Part shown: positions 26,509 to 39,195 of the stretch, piece after piece
Numbering within the stretch: position 1 is the first letter of the stretch
Layout of the letters: each line of letters starts with the position of its first letter
Assembly (NCBI RefSeq): GCF_038025025.1
Contig: NW_027117349.1
Coordinates: 434,001 to 498,000, forward strand
From: Phyllosticta citribraziliensis
Lineage: Eukaryota
DNA: 64,000 nt
Direction: 5' to 3'
Notes under the pieces: generated by a model
Databases searched by the model: none
What the model was told of the DNA's origin: nothing
Seen by the model: only the letters and a program-made list of their open reading frames with translations
Translations under genes and position numbers: made by a program

Positions 26509-27696
26509 AGCAAACCAACCACACAAAAGAGACGAAAAAAGCAAAAAGACACAGACTATTTCCAATTTCCAACAGACAGACATGCGGTCAACTACTATGG
26601 GGACGGCGTTGGTGAAAAGGGCGGCTTGAACGAACGACAACTTGAATAGATACCCGATACCCAGGATGCATCCGATGTACATGCTTCTTTTTCTTTGCTT
26701 TCTCCGACCTGTCCGGCTCTTTGTGGCTGAACTGAAAAGCTCACACGGCGGCGGCTTCTATTCTTTTCTTGGTTGCTACGGACGGACACTATTTCCTAGG
26801 GAGGAGGCTCAGCAGTCGATAGGAGGACCATCAGAATACACTCGTTTGACCATGCACTCTACGTTGTTTGTACCACATGATGGGTGACAGTACACGAGGC
26901 GGGCTCTGGGGCTGAAACGCAAAAGGGCCTCGTGATGGCGTCGTCTATCCGATGGCAGCGTTGATTTTTCTAGAGTCGAGGCTAGTAGGATCAGAGGCGT
27001 CGCGTATAGGTAGGCCGAGGGGCTATAGCAGGCATGGTCGGTCCGGGTCTGGCCGACGCGAGACGACGAAGGAAGAGGGACGACGGATCATGACTACCGT
27101 ACCTTACGACCTTTGAAGTTGAGTCCAGGGTCACGTCAGGTCGCTGTGAGCACATGTCACTACCGTAGACTACTCGCACTTGGGTGTCGGCGGGACGGGA
27201 GTGGCCCGCCAATAGGCTTGGCCCGTTTCCATTACTCGATCAAATGCTTCAGCATCCAGTCTTTTCTTCGCGGAGAACCAACCAGCGAGGGCAGTCTTCT
27301 CGATCGTCACCAGCAAGAAATCTGCCTTGGACAGTCACGGCGAATTGAGCTCCTTGCATGCGTGGTGCGTGTGTTTTGACCAGCCAACTGCCCTTGTATA
27401 CATCATAGGCTGCCGTCACCGCCGCCGACCAACGGTCTGAGCGGAGCCGGGCATCAAGGCATCCTGACGACTTACATATTCCTCTGCCACGCCCCAGACA
27501 CCTTCCCTCTCAGCTCGCACTCACCTCAATCGCGCGTGCCACCTCCCTCTCAACCTCACCTCCGCTCTCCCTTGTCCGCCTTCAGCTTCACTCGCTTCCA
27601 TCGACCCCCCCGTCTTCTCGCTCGGCCCGTTGTCTGTATTGCATTGCATTCTACCTACAGCAGACTTAGCTTGCACCGCGCTCGCTCGCCGCAACC

Positions 27697-28705
27697 ATGC
27701 CTACTCCACCCAAGCAACGCAAGATCGCCATTGTTGGCAGTCGCTCCGTTGGTACGCCACTTGCGTTCCTTGTTCTGCTCCGCCCAAACCCCTCTCTGCC
27801 TTTGAGCTTCGGTCCCCTCCCCGCGCCGAGAGCCATGCCGAGCGCAGACTGATGGGATGATGTGGAAAGAAGAATCAGTACATTGGCTAACTCTTTTGGG
27901 CTCCACAGGCAAGTCGTCGCTCACGGTCCAATTCGTCGACGGCCACTTTGTCGAGAGCTACTACCCGACAATCGAGAATACTTTTAGCAAGTTGATTCGG
28001 TACAAGGGCCAGGACTACGCTACGGAGATCATCGACACAGCAGGACAGGTACGTGGGATCACAGTGCGGAGACTGTCTTTGGGCAAAGTCCAGGCCGCGG
28101 TCTTGAGAGAGGAACAGCAAGAGCTTGGGAGACCCGGTAGCTCTAGCTACAACGGAAAGACATTCGACTGTTCGCATGGCAGTTGACTTGCTGGGCGTAC
28201 TGCGGACACGAATATTCAACAACAAGAGTGACAAAGAGTACAAGGCTAACACAAGGCGGCGCGCTACAACAGGACGAGTACAGCATTCTCAACTCGAAGC
28301 ACTTCATCGGCATCCATGGCTACATGATTGTCTATAGCGTCGCCTCCAAACAGTCCTTTGAAATGACGCGCATCATCCGCGATAAGATTCTCAACCATCT
28401 GGTACGACTACAACGGCCAATACCCCTTCATCACACCTGCACATTCGCTAACGCGCAGCACGCAGGGCACGGAATGGGTACCTCTTGTTATTGTTGGCAA
28501 CAAGTCGGACCTGCGACCCGAGCAGCGCCAGGTCAGTGCCGACCAGGGCAAGGCGCTGGCCGAAGAGTTCAAGTGCGCGTGGACCGAAGCCTCGGCGCGG
28601 TACAACGAGAATGTCGCGCGCGCATTCGATGCCATGATCGCCGAGATTGAGAAGAGCCAGAATCCTGGCGAGCCCACGGGCGGCAACAAGTGCATTGTCA
28701 TGTGA
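27697..28705 (+). CDS. RHEB: Rheb small GTPase (4 exons)
   Basis: Motifs RKIAIVGSRSVGKSS, YYPTIENTF, DTAGQDEYS and VGNKSDL, with CAAX box CIVM*. Confidence 0.96.
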
Positions 28706-28940
28706 GGGGGGCATCAAACCCACATACGCTTGAGAGCATCACCTTGTACGAGTGGTGGGGCGAGCATTGCTCTGCCACAACTTACGACTTCCGGCACATT
28801 GGCCGAATTACTAACTGATTAAGACGCATGGATGAGACGTCATGAGATGAGTTTGATGTTATGGACAGGATTGGGTTGGTTTTGGGCGGGCCTGGACTGG
28901 ATCTGGACTGTTTCCTTCTTTTTGCGGTGGCAGGCTTGTT

Positions 28941-28968
28941 TTGATTGATTGATTGATTGATTGATTGA
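28941..28968. repeat. (TTGA)7 microsatellite downstream of RHEB
   Basis: Read directly from the sequence. Confidence 0.9.
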
Positions 28969-30710
28969 CTGTACACCGAGCGGGCGCCCGCTCTGCTTCT
29001 GCCAGCTCCAGCGGATGTGTCTTGTGGGTCCGAACGGGCTATGTGGTCAGGCTTCCAGTTGTCACAGTCCTTCTGCACCTTTCTTGGTATTTCTTGGTGT
29101 TTCTCTCTCCGACTCTTCTTGCACGGTAGACGGCGCTGGCAGGGGTACGCTGTTTCTTTTTGGGTTAGCTTGCTAGGTGTTTTGTGTTTTGTCCTTCAAT
29201 TTCCCTTTCTATCTGTGCTTTCAAGTCAATCATTCTTTTCTGCTTGCCTCGTGGTTGATTTTCCTCTCAGCTGCCGTCAGATGCTTGCTGCTGAGAGTAT
29301 TGGCATGTAACTGCAGTCTCTTTGAGTAAGTGGAACTTTGAGCGCTAATCAGTCCTTACTTCCAGGCGTTTCTTAATCCCATTATCTGAAGTCATGGTCA
29401 CTTCCAAGCGTGTGAGTTCATCTAATTCAGCGATGCAAGCTGCAAACCGTTATCCAACCCCTTGGCCACCAAAAAGATGCTTACCATTAAGCACCACGAG
29501 CAGCATCTCAACCCTTGAAAGCAGCGGAAGTGGAGACTTGGCGCTTCCATAAAATTGGCCGTCCCACGGCCTTTGATGTCGAATCTTTCGTGCATTAGCT
29601 GCGCCTCGCAACAAAGCGGCTGTTCCCCTCAATGCCCCGAGTTTCTCCTGGACGAATTGCGACTGACTACCAGGAACGTTGAGAAGCGAACCCCTCACGT
29701 CTTCTCGTAGTAATGTTCGCGCGAAGGCGCAGGCCGTCAGTCAGCCAGCCTTCGTCTCCCCTCCCCCGCTTTTTCACATGCCACGACAACGTGTTTGCGT
29801 GAATAGTGCGCGCGCGCATACGGTCTGGTTTTGCTCCAAGCTTAGCTGGGTCTCTGACTAACTTGCTGCAGATGGTTCATATGTCTGTGTGGTTTCCATG
29901 CCTGTGTCAGTCTGTGTGGCTTTTTGCTTTCAAACACTTTTTGTTTTTGGGCGGAACGAAGCTCGTTGGATGCCGACAGCCATCTATCTTAATGGAGAGA
30001 GAAGAGAAGGAGGAGAAATCACAGCATCTGATCTTTTTGACTCCAGTCTGAGAGACAGAGACGATTGGAGGTTCTTGATGCTGGACCTCACAACTCGTGC
30101 GCAGCTGGTGGGCGTTAATAGGTGCGGAGGGGGTGTCTTCTCAGTCCGCACACAGCATTGATGAGTGATTGCTCATGACGCGGGTAAGCAGATACAGCAT
30201 GTGTCGTTCTTTACTGCTGCGTACAAGTCAAACGTACAAGTGTCGACCGGCTTGACCGTAGTGACAAGAACATCTGTAGGTACCTAGCAGTGCCAGACAG
30301 CCGGCCCGATGCGAGTAGGATCGGACCGCAAGGCCCGCGCGGTAGTGGTGGTCGGGGCGTCCGCTGCCGTGCCCGTCCCAGCTAGCTGCTTATGTCATCC
30401 ATCCGGAATTGTTGCATTGCCCATTTGCAGGCCGGGCCCGACTCTACGGGACCTGCTCCATCTACCACACGACTCCAGCAATATACCATTCGAACAGGTG
30501 GCTAGCTGCAGTACACCTGTTTTTCACGGACGGATAGCGCAGTAACGGCCTCGACCCGCTCGGCTTTTTGCTTTGGTTGACGCCGACTTTTGTCGACCCC
30601 GTTTTTTTCGACCGCCAATCGCGCACGTCTCGAGCTCGACTTTTGCTTGAACCTACTCCTACCTCCGCACTACACCACATTTCACTGCGTCAATTGGAAC
30701 CGCAGACACG

Positions 30711-31858
30711 ATGCCTCTCCTCGCCCGATCCACGGCTTCGCCATTGCGCGCTGTCTTCGCGCGCGCGTCGACGACTACCTCAGGCACGGCAAGGACATTT
30801 GGCACAACGCGTCCGCTCGCGAGCTTGAAGCTTGCCTACGAGCTGCATGAGCCGCCCAAGGCGGAACCGAGTGGTGGCAAATTGCCGTCAGAGGCTGCTC
30901 CGATCTTGATTCTCCACGGACTGTTTGGATCCAAGAAGAACAACAGGACCATAAGCCGGTATGGCGCCCAATCACGTTGAAACTTGAGCACGGCCACGGT
31001 GTGGTGAGATTTGGCCAAGGGAAGCAAGCAGACTGATAATGGAGACAACTAAAGGCAGCTCGCACGCGACCTGCGCCGGCCCATCTACGCACTGGACGCG
31101 AGAAACCACGGCGACTCGCCGCACGACCCGCGACACGATTACGTTGCCATGGCTGAGGATGTGGAGAGCTTCATCGACGAGCACCGCCTCGGCAGCTCGA
31201 CGCTCATCGGACACTCGATGGGTGCCAAGACGGTCATGACTGTCGCGCTGCGCAAACCGGAAATCGTCCGCGATCTGATTCCCGTCGACAATGCGCCCGT
31301 CGACGCGGCGCTCAAGAACGACTTTGCGGCATACATCAAGGGCATGATGGCAATCGACGAGGCTCGTATTAAAAGGCACATGCATGCCCATCAGATCATA
31401 GAGCCATACTGTCCCGAGCAGGCGGTGGAATGGTTCCTCTTTACCAACATGAAGCGTCGCGCCGAAGACGACACGCTGCACTTCACCATTCCGCTCAAAT
31501 ATCTGGCAAAGGCACTCGACGCCATGGGCGACTTTCCGTTCAAGAATCCCGACGAGGCCAGGTACGAGGGACCCACGTTGATGGTGAGAGGCACGCAGAG
31601 CCACTACGTCCCCGACGAGACGTTGCCGATTGCTGGGAGGTTCTTCCCGTTGTTCAAGGTGGCCGACATCGATTGCGGACACTGGGTCATTTCGCAGAAG
31701 CCAGAGGAGTTCAGACAGGGTAAGTTCAGACAGTGTAAGTGCCGGTCGTTTGATCGTTTTCGAGGAATCGCAAAGCTGACGAGGGTGAATTTGCAGCCGT
31801 CGTTGAATTCCTGAAGGAGGACGAGCATAGTCGTACTCTCGACGGATTTGCCATGTGA
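30711..31858 (+). CDS. Mitochondrial alpha/beta hydrolase, ABHD11/Imo32-like
   Basis: Arg/Ser-rich presequence; motifs LHGLFGSKKNNR, DARNHGDS, GHSMG nucleophile elbow, VDNAP and GHWV. Confidence 0.88.
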
Positions 31859-33416
31859 AGCATGTGAATTTTTGCGAAGTGGTTGCCAGTCCCTAGAGTG
31901 GACCTATTAATCCACTTACCATCTCATCTAATTGGCTAGAGGGATGGATGCACTGCAGTGGCCAGCCGCACGTCTGAGGTCATCATGGGTGTCAGTGCTC
32001 GGGCCGGCGCGCGTCGGCCAGCTCAGAGCGCGACAGCGACTTCGCTCGTTGCGCTGCTCGTTTGCGGGCGAGTTTCGGAGGCCAGGGCTGATCAAGGCGA
32101 ACAACTGGGTGGAGTCGGATGATTTGTAAACTTTTTTTTCTTCTGCCAGTTCTCGTCCCTCTCATGCATCACGTGGGATGACGTTTTGCGATAGACTTGG
32201 TTTGGTACTGGAACGTGTATGTATAGACAAAAGAAGAAGCTGGTGGAGCAATCAGAGAAGCAGTTGGAACATGTTTGGTGGCTGGTTGCAAAGGGTTGGG
32301 CGAGATGTAAGCGACGAGGGACGTTGTAAGCTTGGCCAAAAGCGGCTACTGGCGGTGAAACGAGCAGGCCAGAAGGGAAGGGGTCCAGAAGGCGATGGTG
32401 TTGTGGTTGCGGCGGTGGGATGGGGCCGTCGGCTTCGTCGGCTTTCTTCCCACCCTCAGCTCAGGCGGTGCATGCCCTGCCCGCGGTTGGCTCGGGCGAC
32501 GTCATGGTTGCCGGGTCCGAAGAGCTCCCCTCAGCAGACGAGGGAGTTCCTCTCCCAGCCCGAAACGTTGTGCGACGCTGAAGCCCGAGTCGCGAAGCTT
32601 GGTACGGCAAGCTGGTGGGGGATCCTGCAGGACTCTGTCGTGTGCCAGCCACGGGGGGTCTATGTCTATGGCTGCGCGTCGTCGCGGAGACGGTGGCCTC
32701 GTGGGCGGCGGTGGGAGCTGTGGTTGCTGAGAATCTTAATAAAGCTACATGTAGCCACCTACCTGGTTGTCCTGCCCCGCTGCAGGTAAGCGGAGGTCCG
32801 GTCCGAGTGTGTAGGCGTGGGTGCATATCCGTCCGGAAGAGAGACGGCATGTCCAGGACTCGACTGACTGAAGTGACGGCTTGTTGGGCTGGCTGGGCTG
32901 AGCTGAGACGAGACCGAGGCCTCCAAACCGCTTCACAGCATCATGATGATTTTGTCTACGGTACGGTAGATACTGAATCAGACGTGGGCCGTGGGCCGTG
33001 GGCGCGGAGTTTTGAGGAGTTAAGATGCGGTGCAAAGATTGCGGGCAGTGGGCGTGACAAAGGGCGCTTGACGATGACTGATCCTTCGCTGTTCCGGTCT
33101 TCGGGGCGAGTGTATTTAGCTGGATAGAGGCCTCGCTCTCGGACGGCGCGCGGGGACTCTCTGGTGAATTGTTTACTTTACTTGTACTGTATCGCTTTGG
33201 CTTTGCGTCACTCCCCGAATAATCTGCAACCCCACTAGTGTCGACCAAACTCCCTTCAACACCCACCGGCACCCACCTCACCTGCCTGACCATCCCGCCC
33301 GCCCTCCTCCACTGCACCTCAGCCAGTCCTCTCTCTTCACCACTGCACCTCCATCCCGCCAGCCATCCTCACCGTCCTCCTCTTTTCTCGACTCCATCCC
33401 TCTCCCAACCGTCGCC

Positions 33417-35426
33417 ATGCCTGACACCATCATCACGCCCGACGTCGAGCCCAACGCTGGGTAAGTCTCCCTTTTGTCCCGCCCGCTGTCGGACCCTACG
33501 CCTCCAAGCCCGCATCCCGCGCTACTGCTTGACAGCGCTTCCAATGCGACCGCAATGGCGAGCTGCCGTCGCCTGCCGCGCTGCAATTGGTGACGCCATT
33601 TGCTAACCGCCCTGCCCCGCAGCACCATCGAGCTCAAGGACAACACCATCGTCGTCGTCCTCGGTGCTTCCGGTGACCTCGCCAAGAAGAAGACTGTATG
33701 TTGACTTGATCCGCTCCAAAATCTGCGTCGCTGACAACTTTTTCCCACAGTTCCCCGCTCTCTTCGGCCTCGTGAGTAGCTCCTGTCAGATCCGCCGGCA
33801 CTGGGCCTGTTAGACCTAACCCTTTAAACCCTACAGTACCGCAACAACTTCCTTCCCGCCAATGTCAAGATTGTCGGATATGCGCGGACCAAGATGGACC
33901 ACGAGGAGTACCTCAAGCGCGTCAAGTCGTACATCAAGACCCCCACCAAGGAGATGGAGGAGCAGCTGGACGAGTTCTGCAAATTCTGCTCCTACATCTC
34001 CGGTCAGTACGACCAGGACGACTCCTTCATCAACCTGAGGAAGCACCTCGAGGAGCTTGAGGCTGGCCGCAAGGAGACCCACCGTGTCTTCTACATGGCT
34101 CTGCCCCCCTCCGTCTTCATCAGCGTCTCCCAGCAGCTCAAGCGCAACTGCTACCCCAAGAACGGCGTCTCCCGCGTCATTGTCAGTCTTTCCGATCCGC
34201 TGACGCTGAATCTCGCTGACTCCAATAACAGGTCGAGAAGCCATTCGGCAAGGACCTTCCCAGCTCGCGCGAGCTCCAGCGCGCTCTCGCACCTGACTGG
34301 AACGAGGAGGAGCTCTTCCGTATTGACCACTACCTTGGAAAGGAGATGGTCAAGAACATCCTCATCCTCCGGTTCGGTAACGAGTTCTTCGGCGCTACCT
34401 GGAACAGGAACCACATCGACAACGTCCAGATCTCTTTCAAGGAGCCCTTCGGTACCGAGGGCCGTGGTGGCTACTTTGACGAGTTTGGCATCATCCGTGA
34501 CGTTATGCAGAACCGTTAGTCCCCAAGACCCTTGGTTGAGAAATCTAGCTGACATGACGCAGACTTGCTCCAGGTCCTGACCCTGCTCACCATGGAGCGT
34601 CCCATTTCCTTCTCTGCCGAGGACATTCGCGACGAGAAGGTCCGCGTTCTCCGTGCCATGCCCTCCATTGAGCCCAAGAACGTCATCATCGGCCAGTACG
34701 GCAAGTCCCTCGACGGCAGCAAGCCGGGCTACAAGGAGGACGACACCGTCCCCAGGGACTCGCGCTGCCCCACTTTCGCCTCCATGGTTGCCTACATTAA
34801 GAACGAGAGGTGGGATGGCGTTCCCTTCATCCTGAAGGCCGGCAAGGGTAGGTTGAATTGCTGCAACTGAGAGTTCGCATGGCTAACTTGTGGCAGCTCT
34901 CAACGAGCAAAAGACGGAGGTCCGCATCCAGTTCAAGGATGTCACCTCGGGCATCTTCAAGGACATTCCCCGCAACGAGCTCGTCATCCGCGTCCAGCCC
35001 AACGAGTCCGTTTACATCAAGATGAACTCGAAGCTTCCCGGTCTCAGCATGCAGACCGTCGTCACCGAGCTCGACCTTACCTACCGCCGCCGCTTCTCCG
35101 ACCTCAAGATCCCCGAGGCCTACGAGTCCCTTATCCTCGACGCCCTCAAGGGTGACCACTCCAACTTCGTCCGTGACGACGAGCTTGACGCATCCTGGAG
35201 GATCTTCACGCCCCTGCTGCACTACCTTGACGACAACAAGGAGATTATCCCCATGGAGTACCCCTACGGTTAGTGTCATGTCCGGAACCCCAAGTCCACA
35301 ATGCTGACATTCGCAGGCTCCCGCGGCCCCGCCGTCCTCGACGACTTCACCTCCTCGTATGGCTACAAGTTCAGCGACGCTGCCGGCTACCAATGGCCCG
35401 GTGCTGGTGACCAGAACAAGTTGTAA
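33417..35426 (+). CDS. ZWF1: Glucose-6-phosphate 1-dehydrogenase (multi-exon, including a 21-nt exon at 33751-33771)
   Basis: Motifs [45 protein letters not shown] and EAYESLILD. Confidence 0.97.
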
Positions 35427-36198
35427 AGAGAGAATCCAGCGATTTGGACATGATATAGATGGGATGCAAATGGGTTTATTTCCTGCGTGCTATTGAGAGA
35501 GAAAGGCAAGGCCAAGCTGTTTTTGGAAGGGGATCTCTGACTTGCGATTGCTGTTACCCCGGCTTTGCTGCATTATTTTTTGAAAATATCCGAATAGAAA
35601 CATGAATGAATGAGGGCTCAAGGGCGGCCTAATGATGATAACATCGTTTAACTCTTTCTGTTGCGTATAGGTTTGTTGGTGAACCATTGAACTTGTCTGA
35701 CAAGCTCCGTTTTCGTTTCCAGCTAGTTGGTGGATGAAATTCATCTCAATTGCTGCTCTTCGTGATTTATCCCTGTCCTCATCCTTCCCCGGCTCCCGCA
35801 CGCAGGGAGGCAAGGTCGGCGATTGTCAAACCGAACGCCGACGAAATTTTGGTCTGTACTACAGCTTTGAACTCTGCCCATCAACAGCATACAGAGCCAG
35901 AAGAAGTCGACCAAATCTTGCCAATTTGTTTCACCGAACTTCTCGTTGTGTTCTGCCTCGAAGGTCAAATCATATAAGCGCCAGCACTCGAGTTTAAGCG
36001 CATTTCAACAAAACGACCACCGCCTAAGACAACAGCAACAACATCGTCGCAGCCAAACCCTACGCAGTCACGAACTATACCGCCTCTCTCGCTACCCGAT
36101 TGAACTCGATATACGAATTCTCACGCAGCGACGGGCAAACGGCGACTCGCAACGACATATCCAAACCCACTTCGGCGCAGTCACCGCCACTCGCAACC

Positions 36199-36871
36199 AT
36201 GCCTAAGCGCACGCTTCCAAACATCATCATTACCGGCACGCCGGGCACTGGCAAGACTACACACGCAGAGCAGCTGGCGACCGCGACGGGGCTTCGCCAC
36301 ATCAGCGTCAACCAGGTAGCCAAGGACCGCGACTGCTACGACGGATATGACGACGAAGTAGGCAGCTGGGTCGTCGACGAGGACAAGGTGGGTTCAACAG
36401 TCTCTCCCTTCTTCTCCCAATTTGCCGGACATTCAAAAGGGAACATGGTTACCTAACGCGAAATACTGCAACCCACAGCTCCTGGACGCCCTCGAAAACG
36501 AAGCGCAAGCCGGCGGCCTCATCATCGACTGGCACGCGTGCGACCTCTTCCCGCGGCGCTGGATCGACCTGGTCGTGGTGCTGCGCTGCGACCCGACGCG
36601 GCTGTACGACCGGCTGGCGGCGCGCGGCTACGCCGGCAAGAAGCTCGACGACAACATGGACTGCGAGATCATGGAGGTGCTGGTCGAAGAGGCGCGCCAG
36701 GCGTTCGACGACGAGTGCGTCGTCCAGCTCACGAGCGACGAGGCGGATCAGGTCGATGCTAATGTCGAGCGCATGGAGGCGTGGGTCAGGCAGTGGAAGA
36801 CTGATCATGAGGATGGTGTTGAGATGGGTGGACCGGTGGATGAGGAGGATGAGGAGGAAGACGACGAGTGA
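36199..36871 (+). CDS. FAP7: Adenylate kinase 6 / Fap7 NTPase (2 exons)
   Basis: P-loop NIIITGTPGTGKTT, IIDWHACDLFP and LAARGY, with an acidic tail. Confidence 0.92.
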
Positions 36872-37258
36872 TTTGGTTGATGAGCAGTGGAATCGCTGAA
36901 AGATCCCCCTTTGCAGTGGACGACACGCTACAAGTATTGCTGGACGGACGAATGATGGATATCTCGTCAGAGCTGGCGAGCTGCGAGATGCGAGAGAATG
37001 AGGTGGTCAGCTAGGGAGCATTCAAGCCCCCCGGTGGATGGTCGTCAAGATTTGGAGACGAGGAGCATTCCGACGCTATGGAGGACTGGATCTGGAGCGT
37101 TCACACCACTGCCTGCGGACCTACTCGAGAAAGGCCTCCTTCTGCTGTCCTCGACCGCGGCATTACGCGGATGACACGCGAGGAATCGTCCGCTTCTCAT
37201 GCTCCCTGTTCTCTCAGCCATCCGTCTCCTGCGCGCTCTTTCTGTCTAGCTTTCCCGC

Positions 37259-38418
37259 CTAAACATTCACCTTCAACCACTCGACCAGCTTGGCCAACGC
37301 CCTGCCGCGGTGCGAGATCTTGTTCTTTTCCGCCTTCTCCATCTCGGCGTACGTCTGGCGTCCATCATACTCGAACGCCGCGTCCCAACCTGAGGGGTGG
37401 AAAGGAGAGCGTGTCAGTACTTGCTCTTTGTTTGGGGATTTGCTCGGACCGATGGGGATGGGAGAGTGAGACGGGAGGGGATTGGTCAGGCGAGGAGTGG
37501 GTCAGGGATGGCCAGAGGCATTTGGGGAAAAAATGAAGATTGGATGGATGCATTGACGGAAGGACACAAAAAGGGGACAAGCTCACCAAAGTTCGCCGGA
37601 CCGCGTGCGGGCACGATTTTTCCCTTTTTCAAAAAAGCACCAAGCGTTAGCTAGCATCTTCGCCCGTCATGTTCGGCGGGCATTATCGTATATCCAATCG
37701 TCAACTGCCACGCAAAGGTCACCACATTCACTTACATCCGTCCGCCCTTGGAATAGGATGGGCTCGTGGCCTGGGCCCTCGGAGTAGCCAAACGTGCACA
37801 CGGCCTGCGCCGACTTGTCGGCGAAGCCCTCGAGCATCTTGTGCAGGTTGCCCACGCCGATGGACTGCATGAACCATTTGCTGTGGGAAAGGTTAATTTT
37901 GTAGGATAAGGGGGGTGAGGGAAAGAATCAAGGACGCACATGTATGGTCCTGGGAGGTCGTTCATGGCTTTGAAGCAGAGGCAGGTGTCTTCAACTAGGA
38001 CGGGTCCGTTGACCTGTGGGCGTGTTAGTGAGTGTGGTGATTGCCATATTGCGATGCTGGCTGGCTTGAATTTGCCATGATGGCGCTCCTTGTTGTTGAA
38101 TAATTCCACCTCATGAATTTGTAGTTGTGTACAAAATTGACTGGTTTGGGTACTTTGGAGGTTCCGAAAAGAAAAAAGGAAGGGGAATAAGTGCAAGTAG
38201 TCGAAGCAAAACATAGGAGGAATGCCTTCAATTCAATGACTTACCGCCTCAGCCGCCCTTCTTGCTTTGTCAATCGTCACCTCCTCGACTGTGCCCTGTA
38301 TCTCGACCAGGTCGAGGCTTTGGTTGGTGAGGTGCACGCCTGTCGGTGCAAGAATGGCTTGCACTTCGGCAAGCTTGTTGGCATTGCCTGTTATGAAGTT
38401 GAGAGTCTTGGGTGCCAT
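37259..38418 (-). CDS. HAM1: Inosine triphosphate pyrophosphatase (multi-exon)
   Basis: Motifs [38 protein letters not shown] and KNKISHR. Confidence 0.95.
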
Positions 38419-39195
38419 GTTGAATCGAGGAAGAGTTGGAGTGGGTGAGGAAGAGGGCGATGGCGACGGACTTTAAAGATTTGAAGTCGGTGGTGATTGA
38501 AGCACGATTTGCGTGTAGGGCTGCTGTGGTGAGGTGAAGAAGTCGTTGCCGGAGGGGGTCCCCTGATTGTGCATTTGGACCATGGGCAAACGGGAACATA
38601 GACGGTTGACTTGTGCTCTGTGGTTTTGCAACGAGATCCAACTGCTTAATCGTCCTTGGATTTTTCCTAATGACACCCAAATCCACAATGGCTGTCTAGG
38701 CAATGGGCTGCAGAATCGTGCAATGGCCACTCCGAATTCTCGACCGCCCTCGTACTTTCCCATCCAGACCACGACGACATCTCATCCGTGCAGAGCCCTT
38801 GGACCTCGCACAGCCTCACCGACGACCGTCTCTTCTTCCGCAACGTTCAACTGATCAGAATGCAACAAACGCGATCCCCCGCCACTTGATCCACCTTCAC
38901 CTGCGACCCAGCCGCTGCTCCTCCTGTCCCCGGCACACCTTGTCGCACCTTTCGCCTGCTACCACGGCCAGCGCCTTTCTGGCCATTGGTCCGCTTCCTC
39001 CTCTGATCCTTTATCTTCTTTCTTCTTTGCGCTCTCCACCCTCGACTCGCTACTCAATACTCGCTCCGGCTCCCCCTCTTCCTTGCTCCCGTGCTGCCTG
39101 TTCCTTGTCCGACTCCCCGTGCGCGGCCAGGTGTCCCCTTCCGCACCTTTCTCCCGCTTCCCGTTTTCCTTCTTTGGTGGCGCAAAGAAAAAGAG

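Noticed and set aside
27752..28272. Longer RHEB introns as snoRNA hosts or stwintrons
   Set aside because: I found no paired C/D boxes or nested splice-site arrangement by eye; the same applies to the long ELF1, HAM1 and P450 introns.
32178..33317. ORFs of 130-200 aa upstream of G6PD
   Set aside because: GC-rich promoter region; the translations lack recognisable features.
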